A stretch of 64,000 bases of DNA, taken from Octopus sinensis (lineage: Eukaryota). Both the position numbers and the translations under genes were made by a program. Shown here piece by piece: positions 52,036 to 64,000 of this stretch (its first letter is position 1; the number at the start of each line of letters is the position of its first letter). The notes beneath the pieces were generated by a model, which saw nothing but the letters and a program-made list of their open reading frames with translations, was not told where the DNA came from and searched no databases. The DNA is taken from assembly GCF_006345805.1 (NCBI RefSeq), contig NC_043016.1:10168001-10232000 (forward strand). Direction: 5' to 3'.

Positions 52036-52339
52036 CATCACCACCACTATTACTACCACTACTACTACTACTACTGCTACTGTTGCTACTGTTGCTGCTG
52101 CTGCTACTACTACTGCCCACACTACACTCAACACCATCTTAACTACCACCATCATGACCACCACTACTGTCACCAACATAACCACTATTACAACTTCTAC
52201 GCCTACTGTTGCTGCTGCTGCTGCTACTACAACTGCTACTACTACTACTACTTCTTTTATTCGTTAAATTTGCCATGTAGTCCGCACACAGATAAGATAG
52301 CTTTGCGGGCTGGACCCAGACATTGATGAGGCAAATAAT

Positions 52340-52741
52340 TACTCTTTTACTCTTTTACTTGTTTCAGTCATTTGACTGCGGCCATGCTGGAGCACCGCCT
52401 TTAATTGAGCAACTCGACCCCAGGACTTATTCTTTGTAAGCCCAGTACTTATTCTATCGGTCACTTTTGCCAAACCGCTAAGTAACGGGGACATAAACAC
52501 ACCAGCATAGGTTGTCAAGCAATGCCAGGGGGACAAACACAGACACACACATGCATATATAGATATATACATATATACGACGGGCTTCTTTTAGTTTCCG
52601 TCTACCAAATCCACTCACAAGGCTTTGGTCGGCCCGAGGCTATAGTAGAAGACACTTGCCCAAGGTGCCACGCAGTGGGACTGAACCCGGGACCATGTGG
52701 TTGGTAAACAAGCTACTCACCACACAGCCACTCCTGCGCCA
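52340..52741 (-). mobile_element. Family-A SINE, full length
   Basis: Colinear with the family. Confidence 0.9.
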
Positions 52742-53643
52742 ATTATGATCCAAAAATGATAAAGATGGGAGAAGACAGAAAGCGCCCGCCAACCCTCTGC
52801 TTCTCTATAACACCGTTCTTTAAAAACGCCTATACAGAGGTATTAACCCTCTTACAATTTAAAATACAATATATTTGGACTAAAAAGTCCATACAATTAT
52901 AAAACACAATTTATATAAAAATTGGAGGCGATAAACCTCTACAGTCCTTCCCCAAGTAATTTCCTTGCAGCTTGCAGGCATTCCTGCAACCGCAATCCGG
53001 GGCTCCGAAAAAGAGTTCTATAATTTTCGTTTTTACACGAGTCAATTATGAGATCACAATACTTTCTTTCCTGCACCAGAGCAGCCACCTCCGAAGGCCG
53101 CACTGGGCTGTCAGTGCAGCCCAGAGTCGGTTCCCCCAGGACATGACAGTCCATATTATTCTCCACGAAACTGTCAATAGCCCCCTCCCCTGAGATTGAA
53201 GAACATATATTCTTCACCACTTTCAGTGGGAGGGGCCTCAACTCCCTCGCTCGGTGGCACACATCCCACTGACGAGGTTATCTTCTTCTCCCCCTCTGGT
53301 GGCACACATCCCACGGAAGGGGTTTTGGGACATAGCACCACCGGTAATGCCCCGTTTTTCTTTTTTCTCTTCTTTTTTTCCTTTTACTACTACTACTACT
53401 ACTACCAACACCAACACCACCATCAGCATCACCACTACTACTACCAGCACCACTACCACCAGCACCACTACCACCACCGCCATCATCAGCAGCACTAGCA
53501 CTACCACTCCTACTACTACCAACACAACCACCACAACCACTACCACAACCTCTACTACTACTACCAACACCAACACCATTACCAGCAACACCACTACTAC
53601 TACCAGCACTGCTACCACTACCACCACCACCATCAGCAGCAGC

Positions 53644-53675
<32 letters not shown>

Positions 53676-55221
53676 GACCACCACCACCACTACCATGATA
53701 ACTATTACCATAATTGCTGTTATTTTTGCTGCTGCTGTTGTTGTTTTCTGCAAGTGGTCTTATTCCGCAGAACTCCATCCACTCAAGAGATATTTCTCTT
53801 TTTTTTTTTACCCTAGCATTATTTCGTACAAAAAACAAAAACAAAAAACAAAAAAAAAACAAAAAAAAAACAAACAGAGAGCAAAAGAGGGTATAATTTT
53901 TTTGTTTTTATTCTCTTCATCAACAAAGGATTTCAGAATATTTAAACATCCACTCCATTATCTCCTTTGCATAGAAAAGAAAGCTCATCTAAACATTTGC
54001 TTTTACCGTGCGTAATATTCTTGCTTGGCGGCCATTCTTGTTATTTATTCATGATCCAAAATGGTTACAAATGTGTTTGCAGGAAGGGTTACTAACTGTA
54101 ATTGGGGTGGAAGCAATACACCCTTCCAAAGTTTTGAAAGCATGAAGTCTGCTTAAAAACAAGAAAAAGAAGAAAGGAAGCAAATGATGACATGCAAATT
54201 TGTGAAGAGTTCCTTATTTTTTGTCATTGGTGCAGCGGGCATGGCTGTGTGGTGAAGAAACTTGCTTCCCAACCATGTAATCTTGGGTTCAGTTCCACGG
54301 TGCAGTGCCTCAGGCATGTGTCTTTTCCTATGACCCCAGGCTGACCAAAGCCATGAGAGTATATTTGGCAGACAGAAACTGAAAGAGGCCTGTCATATAT
54401 AAAGGACTCCCTTCGGTCATGAGCGACCATGGAACTGCACCTAGAAAGTTCCTGTCTGAGACACAATTCCAGGCAAGGTTGTTTATGGAAGACCAGCAGT
54501 CACCCATGCATACCAACCTCCCCTCTCCATGCCACTGATGTTATCCAAGAGAAAAGCAAAGGCTGATACAACTTGGCACCAGTGATGTTGCAACTCATTT
54601 CTAAAGCTGAGTGAACTGGAGCAACGTGAAATAAAGTGTCTTGCTCAAGGACACAACATACAGCTTGGTCTCGGAATCAAACTCATTACCTATTTATAAT
54701 AAATATATATTTATGTGTGTAAGTTTGGTTTGTCTCCCATTCCTGTTTCACAACCAGTGTTGGTTTGTTACACAGCCTGTAGCGTAACAGTTTGGAAAAA
54801 GTGACCAATTGTGTAAGTACCAGGCTTACTAAGTCTTTCAGGGCTGTGCCCCAGCATGGCCACTGTTCAAAGACTGAAGCAAGACAAAATTATATTTTAA
54901 AAAAAAGAGTGACATGTAAACCAAGCAGTTACAATAAACACAAGCGCTTAACGCAACTGACATGGAGGTTGGTTCTGCATATCAAGCTTTTGAGACTGCC
55001 CTTATCTCTGTGATATGAACTTTCTGTTTTAAAATTATCTAAATTAAAACCTTCAATCAAAATTCCATGTTAATTAAAGCTAGAAACACTAACTTAATAA
55101 CGGTGAAGTTACTTTATTGAATTCTTCATTATTTTCAAAATTAATTAAAATAAAGCCAGTGTATTTCAACAGAAATATGGTTAAAAAAAAAGGGTTCATT
55201 CTTTATTCTTTTCTTTTATTC

Positions 55222-55418
55222 TTTTACTTGTTTCAGTCATTTGACTGCGGCCATGCTGGAGCACCGCCTTTAGTCGATCAAATCGACCCCCGGGACTTAT
55301 TCTTTGTAAGCCCAGTACTTATTCTATTGGTCTCTTTTGCCGAACCGCTAAGTGACGGTGACATAAACACACCAGCATCGGTTGTCAAGCAATGCTAGGG
55401 GGACAAACACAGACACAC

Positions 55419-55484
<66 letters not shown>

Positions 55485-55515
55485 TACATATATACGACAG
55501 GCTTCTTTCAGTTTC
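55222..55515 (-). mobile_element. Family-A SINE, 5'-truncated
   Basis: Tail and middle only. Confidence 0.85.
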
Positions 55516-56467
55516 ATTATTTATTTTTTTGAAACAGTGAATCTTGAAGCAGATGATAGAGAGCTTTAAATAGTAAATATAATATTGGGTTGAAAACCCC
55601 TTTTGGATAGAAAAGTCAAAGACTGCTTGAGTGGGATTTGAACTCACATCTCTTGTCAACATCTATTATTTAAAACTGTATACATGTGCTTCAAGATACA
55701 CTATTCCCCACCCCAAAGAATTATTTCTTGTTTTCTTAGAAGTTTATAAAATTCTTATGATGTTAACATTAATCCTCTTCTCAGTTAAAATCCAACCTTT
55801 CTCTCATATTTGGGACATTCTTTCTTTATCTTCATTCTATAAACACTTCCCATGGTTCTTGATTTGCCAAACTTTCTCTTCTTGTACTTCCTCTCAATAT
55901 TTCTGTTAACTCTCGTCATTTCACTGTTCTTGTCCACTCTTTGGCGGTGCATATTCTTGAGCATCTGTTATATGGAACAATCTCTCTTGCTTTCCAGATT
56001 AAATATAATCTTTATTTCTTTTAAATTTTTGTATTGATCTATCAGTTCATGATTCTTAAGGTGGCTTTTCATTGGAATTTTCTTTTTTTTTAATATTCTT
56101 TATTCCTTTTTCATTTTGTAACACTCAACACACTGAGTGGTCGCTTAATGCCTGTTTTATTGCTGGTTGTTTTGCAAATGAGAATTGCAAATCTGTGACA
56201 GGAGTAAAATTAGAATATGAATAACACAAACATAAGTGAAGTGGTGAAAAACACAAGCTTAAATTACAAAAAAAAACCCCCAAAAAAAACAAGTGTCAGC
56301 AACAACAACAACAGCAGCATTTCATCTTTTGCTAGCATGCTGGGGTCAGTGGAGGAGGGGACGGTCTTGAAATGAGCTTGTTTCAATGGAAGACATATGC
56401 CACTAAAAATATTGCTTCTCTGCCTAAGGATTTTACCCAAGAAAGATCACGAAAGAAATGCAATTCT

Positions 56468-56884
56468 TATTTCTTTATTGCCCACAAGGGGCTAAACACA
56501 GAGGGGACAAACAAGGACAGACAAAGGGATTAAGTCGATTACATCGACCCCAGTGTGTAACTAGTACTTAATTTTTCGACCCCACAAAAGGATGAAAGGC
56601 AAAGTCAACCTTGGCAGAATTTGAACTCAGAACATAAGACAGATGAAATACCTATTTCTTTACTACCCACAAGGGGCTAAACACAGAGAGGACAAACAAG
56701 GACAGACAAAGGGATTAAGTCGATTACATCGACCCCAGTGTATAACTGGTACTTAATTTATCGACCCAGAAAGGATGAAAGGCAAAGTCGACCTTGGCGG
56801 AATTTGAACTCAGAACGCAAAGACAGATGAAATACCACTAAGCATTTCACCTGGCATACTAACCTTTCTGCCAGATCGCCACCT
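56468..56884 (-). mobile_element. Family-D SINE partial dimer
   Basis: Same junction (gatgaaatacctatttc). Confidence 0.85.
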
Positions 56885-57554
56885 TATGTAATTCTATTTT
56901 TTCCAAACATGGAGGAGGTTTTCATATGTTCTTAAAAGATGAATTGGAGAGAGCCCTTGTTTTGGTATGGAAATTTGTGTCTATTATTTAAGTGAAGTCT
57001 GAGCATAAGGTAAGAAGACAGGTTGAGTTCATATGCTGCACGTTTTTCCTCAGAATGATGCCACAGTTCATGATAAAAAAAAACAATCCCAGTGGTCTGG
57101 GTATGATGCATTGGTATAAACACTGACTTGTGGTCACCTCAGTTATGCGATCCCCCACTATGGGGCAGGTTGTGAGTGTGGTGAGGATCTGCAACAACAT
57201 GTAGATGAATGGGGTCTGCATGAACTTTCAGGTCTTTATTATAGCTGAAGACTATAAAGGTACCCCAGATTCATGTCCCATTGATCGGTGTAAAGAAGAA
57301 GCTGATAAGAAGGGTAGGTTGGCGCAGAAAGCCTAGTTGCTACATGTGCACACATGTTGTAGTAAAGACATCTTGAGAGTTTTCTATGCAGAAGAAGGAA
57401 AAAAAATGTAAAAGAGCAGATAGCAGAAGTTGGGACAACAGAAGGCCCCTGGGGTTGTTGCTGGTGTTATTTGGTACCCAATTTCTTTCTTTTTGTTTGG
57501 TTTTATTTTTCTTTTTCCCACAAGATGATCCTAATGGCAATAACAAATACACAT

Positions 57555-57958
57555 ATAGGTGTATGAGTGGCTGTGTGGTAAGTAGCTTGCTTACCAACCA
57601 CATGGTTCTGGGTTCAGTCCCACTGCGTGGCACCTTGGGCAAGTATCTTTTACTATAGCCTCATGCCAACCAAAGCCTTGTGAGTGGATTTGGTAGACGG
57701 AAACTGAAAGAAGCCTGTCGTATATATGTATATATATATATATGTGTGGGGTATTTGTGTGTCTGTGTTTGTCCCCCCAACATCGCTTGACAACCGATGC
57801 TGGTGTGTTTACGTTCCTGTAAATTAGCAGTTCGGTAACAGAGACTGATAGAATAAGTACTAGGCTTACAAAGAATAAGTCCTGGAGTCGATTTGGTCGA
57901 CTAAAGGCGGTGCTCCAGCATAGCCACACTCACATGACTGAAACAAGTATAAGAGTAG
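57555..57958 (+). mobile_element. Family-A SINE, full length
   Basis: Colinear with the family. Confidence 0.85.
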
Positions 57959-58605
57959 AGTACCACCACCTTCAACAGATCATCTTTTGCTTGCATGGTG
58001 AGCTAGAGGAAGATCTTGATATGAGCCAGTTCCTTGGAAGCAGCGTGTCACAAAAAGAAAACATTACCTTTAGTTTTATTCTGTTCCTCTCATATTTATT
58101 TCTTCATGTCTGTGCTGTCTGTAGTCACACTGACTAACTGACAATGGTTCTGAACTATTAACTACGCACCATCCTACACTATTGTCATCACTCCTTATAC
58201 TTTCCTTGCAAATAATCAAACCATTTTCTCTATTTCTCCTGGTCAGGTGAAACCTATGAATATCACACGTTAGTCTGAGTTCTTCATGATATCATCTTCA
58301 ATTTCTGCATCGTTCTGTCTTTCTCCCAGAGATCACCTACAATTCCTTTGAATATCTCTGTTCTATAATTCATTCTGGATATTGTTCATATGTTTATCGC
58401 TAATCTCGTGTTTCTTTGATTTTTAACACAAATTCTAATCTTCACTTTGAGCTGTTTCCAAATAGTTTTTTTTCTTTCATTTCAGTTTCCTTGATTTTGT
58501 TGAATTCCTGTTGTATTCCTGTATCAATTTCACTCAATGTCTTTTATTACCACCCACAAATGCTATACCATGTACTGGAACCATCTTTCCTCTTTTTATT
58601 ATAAA

Positions 58606-59005
58606 CTAGCAGTATCGCCCGGCATTGCTCGGGTTTGTAAGGGAAATAACTATATAAGCATTTTTAGAGATGTAAAGTATAATAGCCATCTCAATATGGC
58701 TAACCACAAAGGGGGGGATGTTACTGTAGCTTTTTACGTTCTGAGATTTAATAATAAATTTTTAGAGAGTTACTTCCCTTATATAATAGCGAAAAAATGC
58801 ATTAAAATGGAAAAAAATGATGGTAAATCTTTTTTTAAATCGTAGACTCATCGTAGACGCGTGCTAATACCCAGAAGGGCTCGATATGAATCACGACTAT
58901 AAGATACCCGGTTTTGGTTAAACTGCACCGCAAAATGTGTGAGTAGTTAGGAATCTAAATCGTAGGAGACAGACACTCACACAACTTCACTTTTATATAT
59001 ATAGA
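58606..59005 (-). mobile_element. Non-autonomous Helitron (second copy)
   Basis: Same termini and hairpin, and colinear with 22762-23155 apart from an internal indel. Confidence 0.8.
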
Positions 59006-59544
59006 TATACCAAGGCAGTGAGCTGGCAGAATTTCTGGTGCATCAAACAAAATGTTTAGCTGTATTTCTTCTGGTTCTTACATTCTGAGTTCAAATCCTG
59101 CTGAGGTTTGCTTTGCATTTTATCCTTTCGAGGTTGATAAAATAAAGTGCCTGTCAAGTACTTTGGTTGATGTATTCAATTTGTCCCTTCCTCTTAAAAT
59201 TGCTGGCTTCATGCCAAAATTAGAAAGAATTGTGAGAATATCACAGTTTTAGTCCTGAATTCCAAGTCTTTGACTTCACCAAGGAAATGAACAGTTATAA
59301 CTAAAGAATCCATCTGGTTGCCATCATTCTGACTAGTTTAAGATCATTCATAAAAAACGAAAAAACTGCTTCATTCATATTCAATTCTTGTCTTTTACAA
59401 GGTTGGCATCATTCATACAAAATATAAAGCAAGAAGGTGATGCACTACCGTCTTGGAAGATCCTTGTTCTTCTTTGAATTTTGCCAAGTACCTCTTCTCA
59501 TGTTGTCAATTCAATCTTTTGTGAACGCATAACAATGAATTCTT

Positions 59545-59955
59545 GTTTCTTTATTGCCCACAAGGGGCTAAACTCAGAGGGGACAAACAAGGACAGACAA
59601 AAGGATTAAGTTGATTACATCGACCCCAGTGCATAACTGGGACTTAATTTATCGACCCTGAAAGGATGAAAGGCAAAGTCGACCTCAGCGGAATTTGAAC
59701 TCAGAACATAGTGGAAGATGAAATACCTATTTCTTTACTAACCACAAGGGGTTAAACACAGAGGAGACAAACAAGGACAGACAGACGGATTAAGTCGATT
59801 ATATCGACCCCAGTGCATAACTGGTACTTAATTTATCGACCCCGAAAGGATGAAAGGCAAAGTCGACCATGGCGGAATTTGAACTCAGAACATAGCGGCA
59901 GACGAAATACCGCTAAGCATTTCGCCCGGAGCGCTAACGTTTCTGCCAGCTCGCT
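59545..59955 (-). mobile_element. Family-D SINE partial dimer
   Basis: Same junction (gatgaaatacctatttc). Confidence 0.85.
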
Positions 59956-60879
59956 GCATAACAATGAATTCTATCATGTTAGTGGCTAAACCAAATAGTT
60001 CCATGTGTTTCCCTATCCAAGGACAAAGAACCATATTATATGTATGTCATAATCTAAGTTGGTATCTAAATTGATATTAATTGTTGGTAAGGACACCATA
60101 TTTTGTTATGTGACCATAATTTACTACCAGGTATATTAAAGGATTCTAATTCAATAGTAGTGGAGGCACATGGCCTAGTGGTTAGAGCAGCGGACTCGCG
60201 GTCGAGGGATCGTGGGTTCGAATCTCAGACCAGATAACGTGTGTGTTTATGAACGAAACACTTAAGCTCCACATGGCTCCGGCAGGAGGTAATGGTGAAA
60301 CTTCTGCTGACACTTTCGCCACAACTTTCTCTCACTCTTTCTTCCTGCATCTTGCAGCTCACCTGCGATGGACCAGCGTCCCCTCCAGGTGGGGAACCTA
60401 TACACCAAGGAAACCGGGAAACCGGCCCTTATGAGCCAGGCATGGCTCAAGAAGGAACAAACAACAAATCAATAGTGTGCCTCACCTGTGTTAGCAGTGC
60501 AATTAAATCGTATAAAATGTAGTAACACACGAGTGTTGGCTCTAATTTCTATAGAAAATCTGTAGAGATACACTTTAAAACTAAATTGCGTGCCTCCTCT
60601 GACAAACATTCAGTGTTGATTTGTTGCTCAATGCTCAACACCTGACCATTTATCTCTCTCTCTCTCTCTCTCTGTGTTTTTACGACAGCCTTTCCATTCA
60701 TCAGGGATTCATTCTAGTTAGTGTTTACTGTGGAAGTGAATGCGGAAGTAAAAGATATGATGTTGGACAAGAGCTATCAACCACATTTCCGTTTGCTGGA
60801 TCCTTTAAGAATAAAATACTTTCCCCATTCAGCATCCGTGCAATTAGCACTTCTTTATCATTCAAGAACATTTGCCTGT

Positions 60880-61500
60880 TATCTTTTACCCGTTTCAGTC
60901 ATTGCACTGTGGCCATGCTGGGGCACCACCTAGAAGGGTTTAGTTGAACAAATCAATTCCAGTATATCTTTTATCTTTTACCCGTTTCAGTCATTGCACT
61001 GTGGCCATGCTGGGGCATCACCTTGAAGGGTTTTAGTTGAACAAATCAATCCCAGTATATCTTTTATCTTTTACTTGTTTCAGTCATTGGACTGTGGCCA
61101 TGCTGGGGCACCACCTTGAAGGGTTTTAGTTGAACAAATGAATCCCAGTATATCTTTTATCTTTTACTTGTTTCAGTCATTGGACTGTGGCCATGCTGGG
61201 GCACCACCTTGAAGGGTTTTAGTTGAACAAATCAATCCCAGTATATCTTTTATCTTTTACTTGTTTCAGTCATTGGACTGTGGCCATGCTGGGGCACCAT
61301 CTTGAAGGGTTTTAGTTGAACAAATCAATCCCAGTATATCTTTTATCTTTACTTGTTTCAGTCATTAGACTGTGGCCACGCTGGAGCACCACCTTGAAGG
61401 GTTTTAGTTGAACAAATCAATCCCAGTATATCTTTTATCTTTTACTTGTTTCAGTCATTGCACTGTGGCCATGCTGGGGCACCACCTTCAAGGGTGGTTA
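60880..61500 (-). repeat. Tandem array, ~92-bp unit, about 6.5 copies, from the family-A SINE 3' tail
   Basis: gtttcagtcatt recurs at 60892, 60984, 61077 and onward. Confidence 0.9.
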
Positions 61501-61844
61501 GACAAATCCACCCCAGTACTTATTTTTTCTAAAGTAAGGCACTTACTCTATCAGTTGCTTTTGCTGAACTGCCAAGTTATGGGAGTATAAATAAGCCAAC
61601 AATGGTTGGAAAGTGGTAGTGAAGGTCAAATACAAACATAAAGATAAATACTTGCCTCCACCCCATATTGAATGATTTTGGTCTGGAGACTTATATTCAG
61701 GTCTTCAAGTTTTTGTATAAACAACATGATAATTGTTGAACTTCTTGAGCTTATCAAAAGCCCAATGCATGTGGCAACATCAATCACAAACATAAAAACC
61801 GTGCACTGCTAGTAAGAAAACCTCCTCTCTGCTCATTAGAATGT

Positions 61845-62065
61845 TTGACTCTTTGGTATTCAGATTACCCTGTGAAATGCAATGTTTATTCACACAGGTT
61901 TGAATTAATCCTGCATTATTTTGTAGTCTAGAGATTTCAGTGATGTGATAGTATATTTTTTAGGCTAAGATTGTTGGGTAGGTGTCAGAGGCAGCATCTG
62001 GGTAGGTGTCAGTTGGAACATAAAGCATACAGACTATTTTGGCTGGATATGCTAAAGGATTAAGG
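61845..62065. mobile_element. Degenerate copy of the TTAA/CCCTTT MITE family
   Basis: gactctttggtattcagatt...tgctaaaggattaa, homologous to 48319-48890. Confidence 0.6.
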
Positions 62066-63138
62066 AAAATAACCTTTTATGTCTTGATTGCTAGAAATTA
62101 GCAAAAATCAATTATGTGTTGGTTGGAATAAATCATATATATAAATATGAAGTAATAAAATGAAAATAAAATATACATATAAATATATAAATACTACAAT
62201 GATAAATAAATAAATACATATATAAACAATAAAGAATAGGTCACACAGCTTCTTAAGAATTTTTTTAAAAAACCCCAAAAATGGGATATTAAGGTTAAAA
62301 TAGTATTACAAAATCTGGAACTTAAAAATCAAATATTAAAAGATATGAAATTTCCAAGAAACCCTGAAAGTTGGAGGATTAAAAAGTTTAAAATATTAAA
62401 AGTTAACATTGAAATTAACAACTAGAAATTAAAAATTTAAAATCAAAAGTAATTGAGTATTGAAAAATTCCAAAATTTCAAAGTGAAAAGTAAATAAAAT
62501 AAATTTTATTTTTCCCTGGTCCATGATTTATTAATCATTAAAACCATTTAAACTTAGCTGTTTCTCAGTTATTCTGAACTCACCTGTAAAATTTTTGTTG
62601 GATTGTTGTTCATATTGTTTATGCTCTGCTGTCCTATCCCAGTTCACTATACTTTCACATTAATTTCAATTATCATTTTGTATTCTTTTCTCCAAAAACA
62701 TTAATATTCTTTCTCAACACCTCACTATCCTCTAGCATTTTTTTCTTTTCTACCATAGATTATTCTTAAAATACAAAAAATACAATAATGAAAAAAAACA
62801 AAACATATTTGTTTTTTTCTTATATTATTCAATGCCATCTCGTTTGATAAAATTTATACTTTGCAACTCTGTGAATGTTTGTTTCCGGTTCTTTGTTAGT
62901 GGATAATATAATGACTCCATTAATCTTCTTCGTAATCTCCTTTAGCCAACTTCTTTCAACATTTTAAATGAATTGTGCCTATCAAAGCCATTGTTTTTCT
63001 TAATTCCAGCTGTCTGTGTCACTTCATCGTTATCACTTCATCATTGTTACTTAATTCATTCTCATTCTTCACAAGTACTTATCTTTTCCTTCGCTGTTTA
63101 CCATCTCCTCTACGGTTCCAGTCTGTGTTTGTTTATCA

Positions 63139-63444
63139 TCACTGTATTAGGAAGAATTTCAACCGTATTTCGTGGTCTGCTTCCACAACAGCTCCTTTAT
63201 AGGATCCAGTTAGCTAAAGACATCATCAGGAGGAACCACGTCACTGTATTAGGAAGAATTTCAACCGTGTTTCGTGGTCTGCTACCACAACAGCTCCTTT
63301 ATAGGATCCAGTTAGCTAAAGACATCATCAGGAGGAACCACGTCACTGTATTAGGAAGAATTTCAACCGTGTTTCGTGGTCCGCTACCACAACAGCTCCT
63401 TTATAGGATCCAGTTAGCTAAAGACATCATCAGGAGGAAACACG
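63139..63444. repeat. Three tandem copies of a 102-bp unit, each with CTGATGA...GAAA on the minus strand
   Basis: Units start at 63139, 63241 and 63343. Confidence 0.95.
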
Positions 63445-64000
63445 TCCCGTTTCGGCCCCCTACTCCTTTACCATTTTGACGCCCGCCCCTCCCCCTTTCG
63501 GAGGTGTCCTCAGCTCTGGTGTTGGGTGCATGTCTTCTTTCTTCTTCTTTCTTCTGTTCCCTGGCCCCTTCGATGTAGCGTCAATGACTTTCAACGGGCG
63601 ACTGACTGTCTTGCCAAATTCACCATTCTTTTGTTCCTTATGCAAAACTACTTTTTCCCCCCTCGTTATTTATTCAAGTCTTAATTCATTCAAATATCCA
63701 TTTTTTTTTCATAATTTCCTTAGCTCAGGTCACAAACTCCTTGTTCCAATGCATCAAATATTCATTTCTTTCCACTCTGAATATAATCTATGTCTGCATC
63801 CCTCCCCATCTCTCTCTCTCTCTCTCTCCTTTCTCTGTAATTCCATCTTGATTTATTGGATTACTTCGATAAGATTTTATAGCAATTAGATTCATCTCTT
63901 TATTCTGTTCAGGAGACAATACTGTGACTAAGGCATTCAGAGCTCAAATGAGGACTTGATCCATAGATTCAGGACTCAAATTAGGACTTGATCCAAGAGC

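Noticed and set aside
55740-56060. Purine-rich minus-strand tracts (also about 11550-12080, 19920-20160, 56940-57330, 58000-58600, 59250-59520) resembling very old LINEs
   Set aside because: Too decayed to assign a family from sequence alone.
60621-60947. 108-aa and 70-aa ORFs in unique-looking sequence
   Set aside because: No recognisable homology or clean splice pair, and they run into a SINE tail.
62973-63479. 168-aa ORF with three 34-aa repeats
   Set aside because: It arises from the 102-bp tandem duplication and has no recognisable domain.
51434-64000. Search for the last ABHD11 exon (AGHWxH motif), and for upstream GHSMGG exon in 1-8898
   Set aside because: Not found by eye; probably outside the window.

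Overview
AT-rich, microsatellite- and SINE-saturated animal DNA, most likely Octopus (inferred from the SINE/Penelope/RTE repeat landscape). The only host gene I can support is an ABHD11-like alpha/beta hydrolase on the + strand, with two exons (8899-9069, 51252-51433) separated by a 42.2-kb intron. The rest is decayed or non-autonomous transposons: four tRNA-type SINE families, Penelope GIY-YIG fragments, RTE LINE fragments, Tc1 and mariner relics, piggyBac-like MITEs, non-autonomous Helitrons, tandem arrays, and one 100-N gap. The main unexplained signal is a dense set of hammerhead ribozyme (HHR) motifs, about 10 loci. They include a retrozyme-like LTR-internal-LTR unit with two complete HHRs 552 nt apart (46.2-47.0 kb), a canonical-core HHR in sense to the intron (35981-36062), two long palindromes with an HHR-like motif in each arm, and an HHR whose three strands occur in reversed order (27.5 kb). 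All folds were read by eye and not computed. Most repeat boundaries are approximate.
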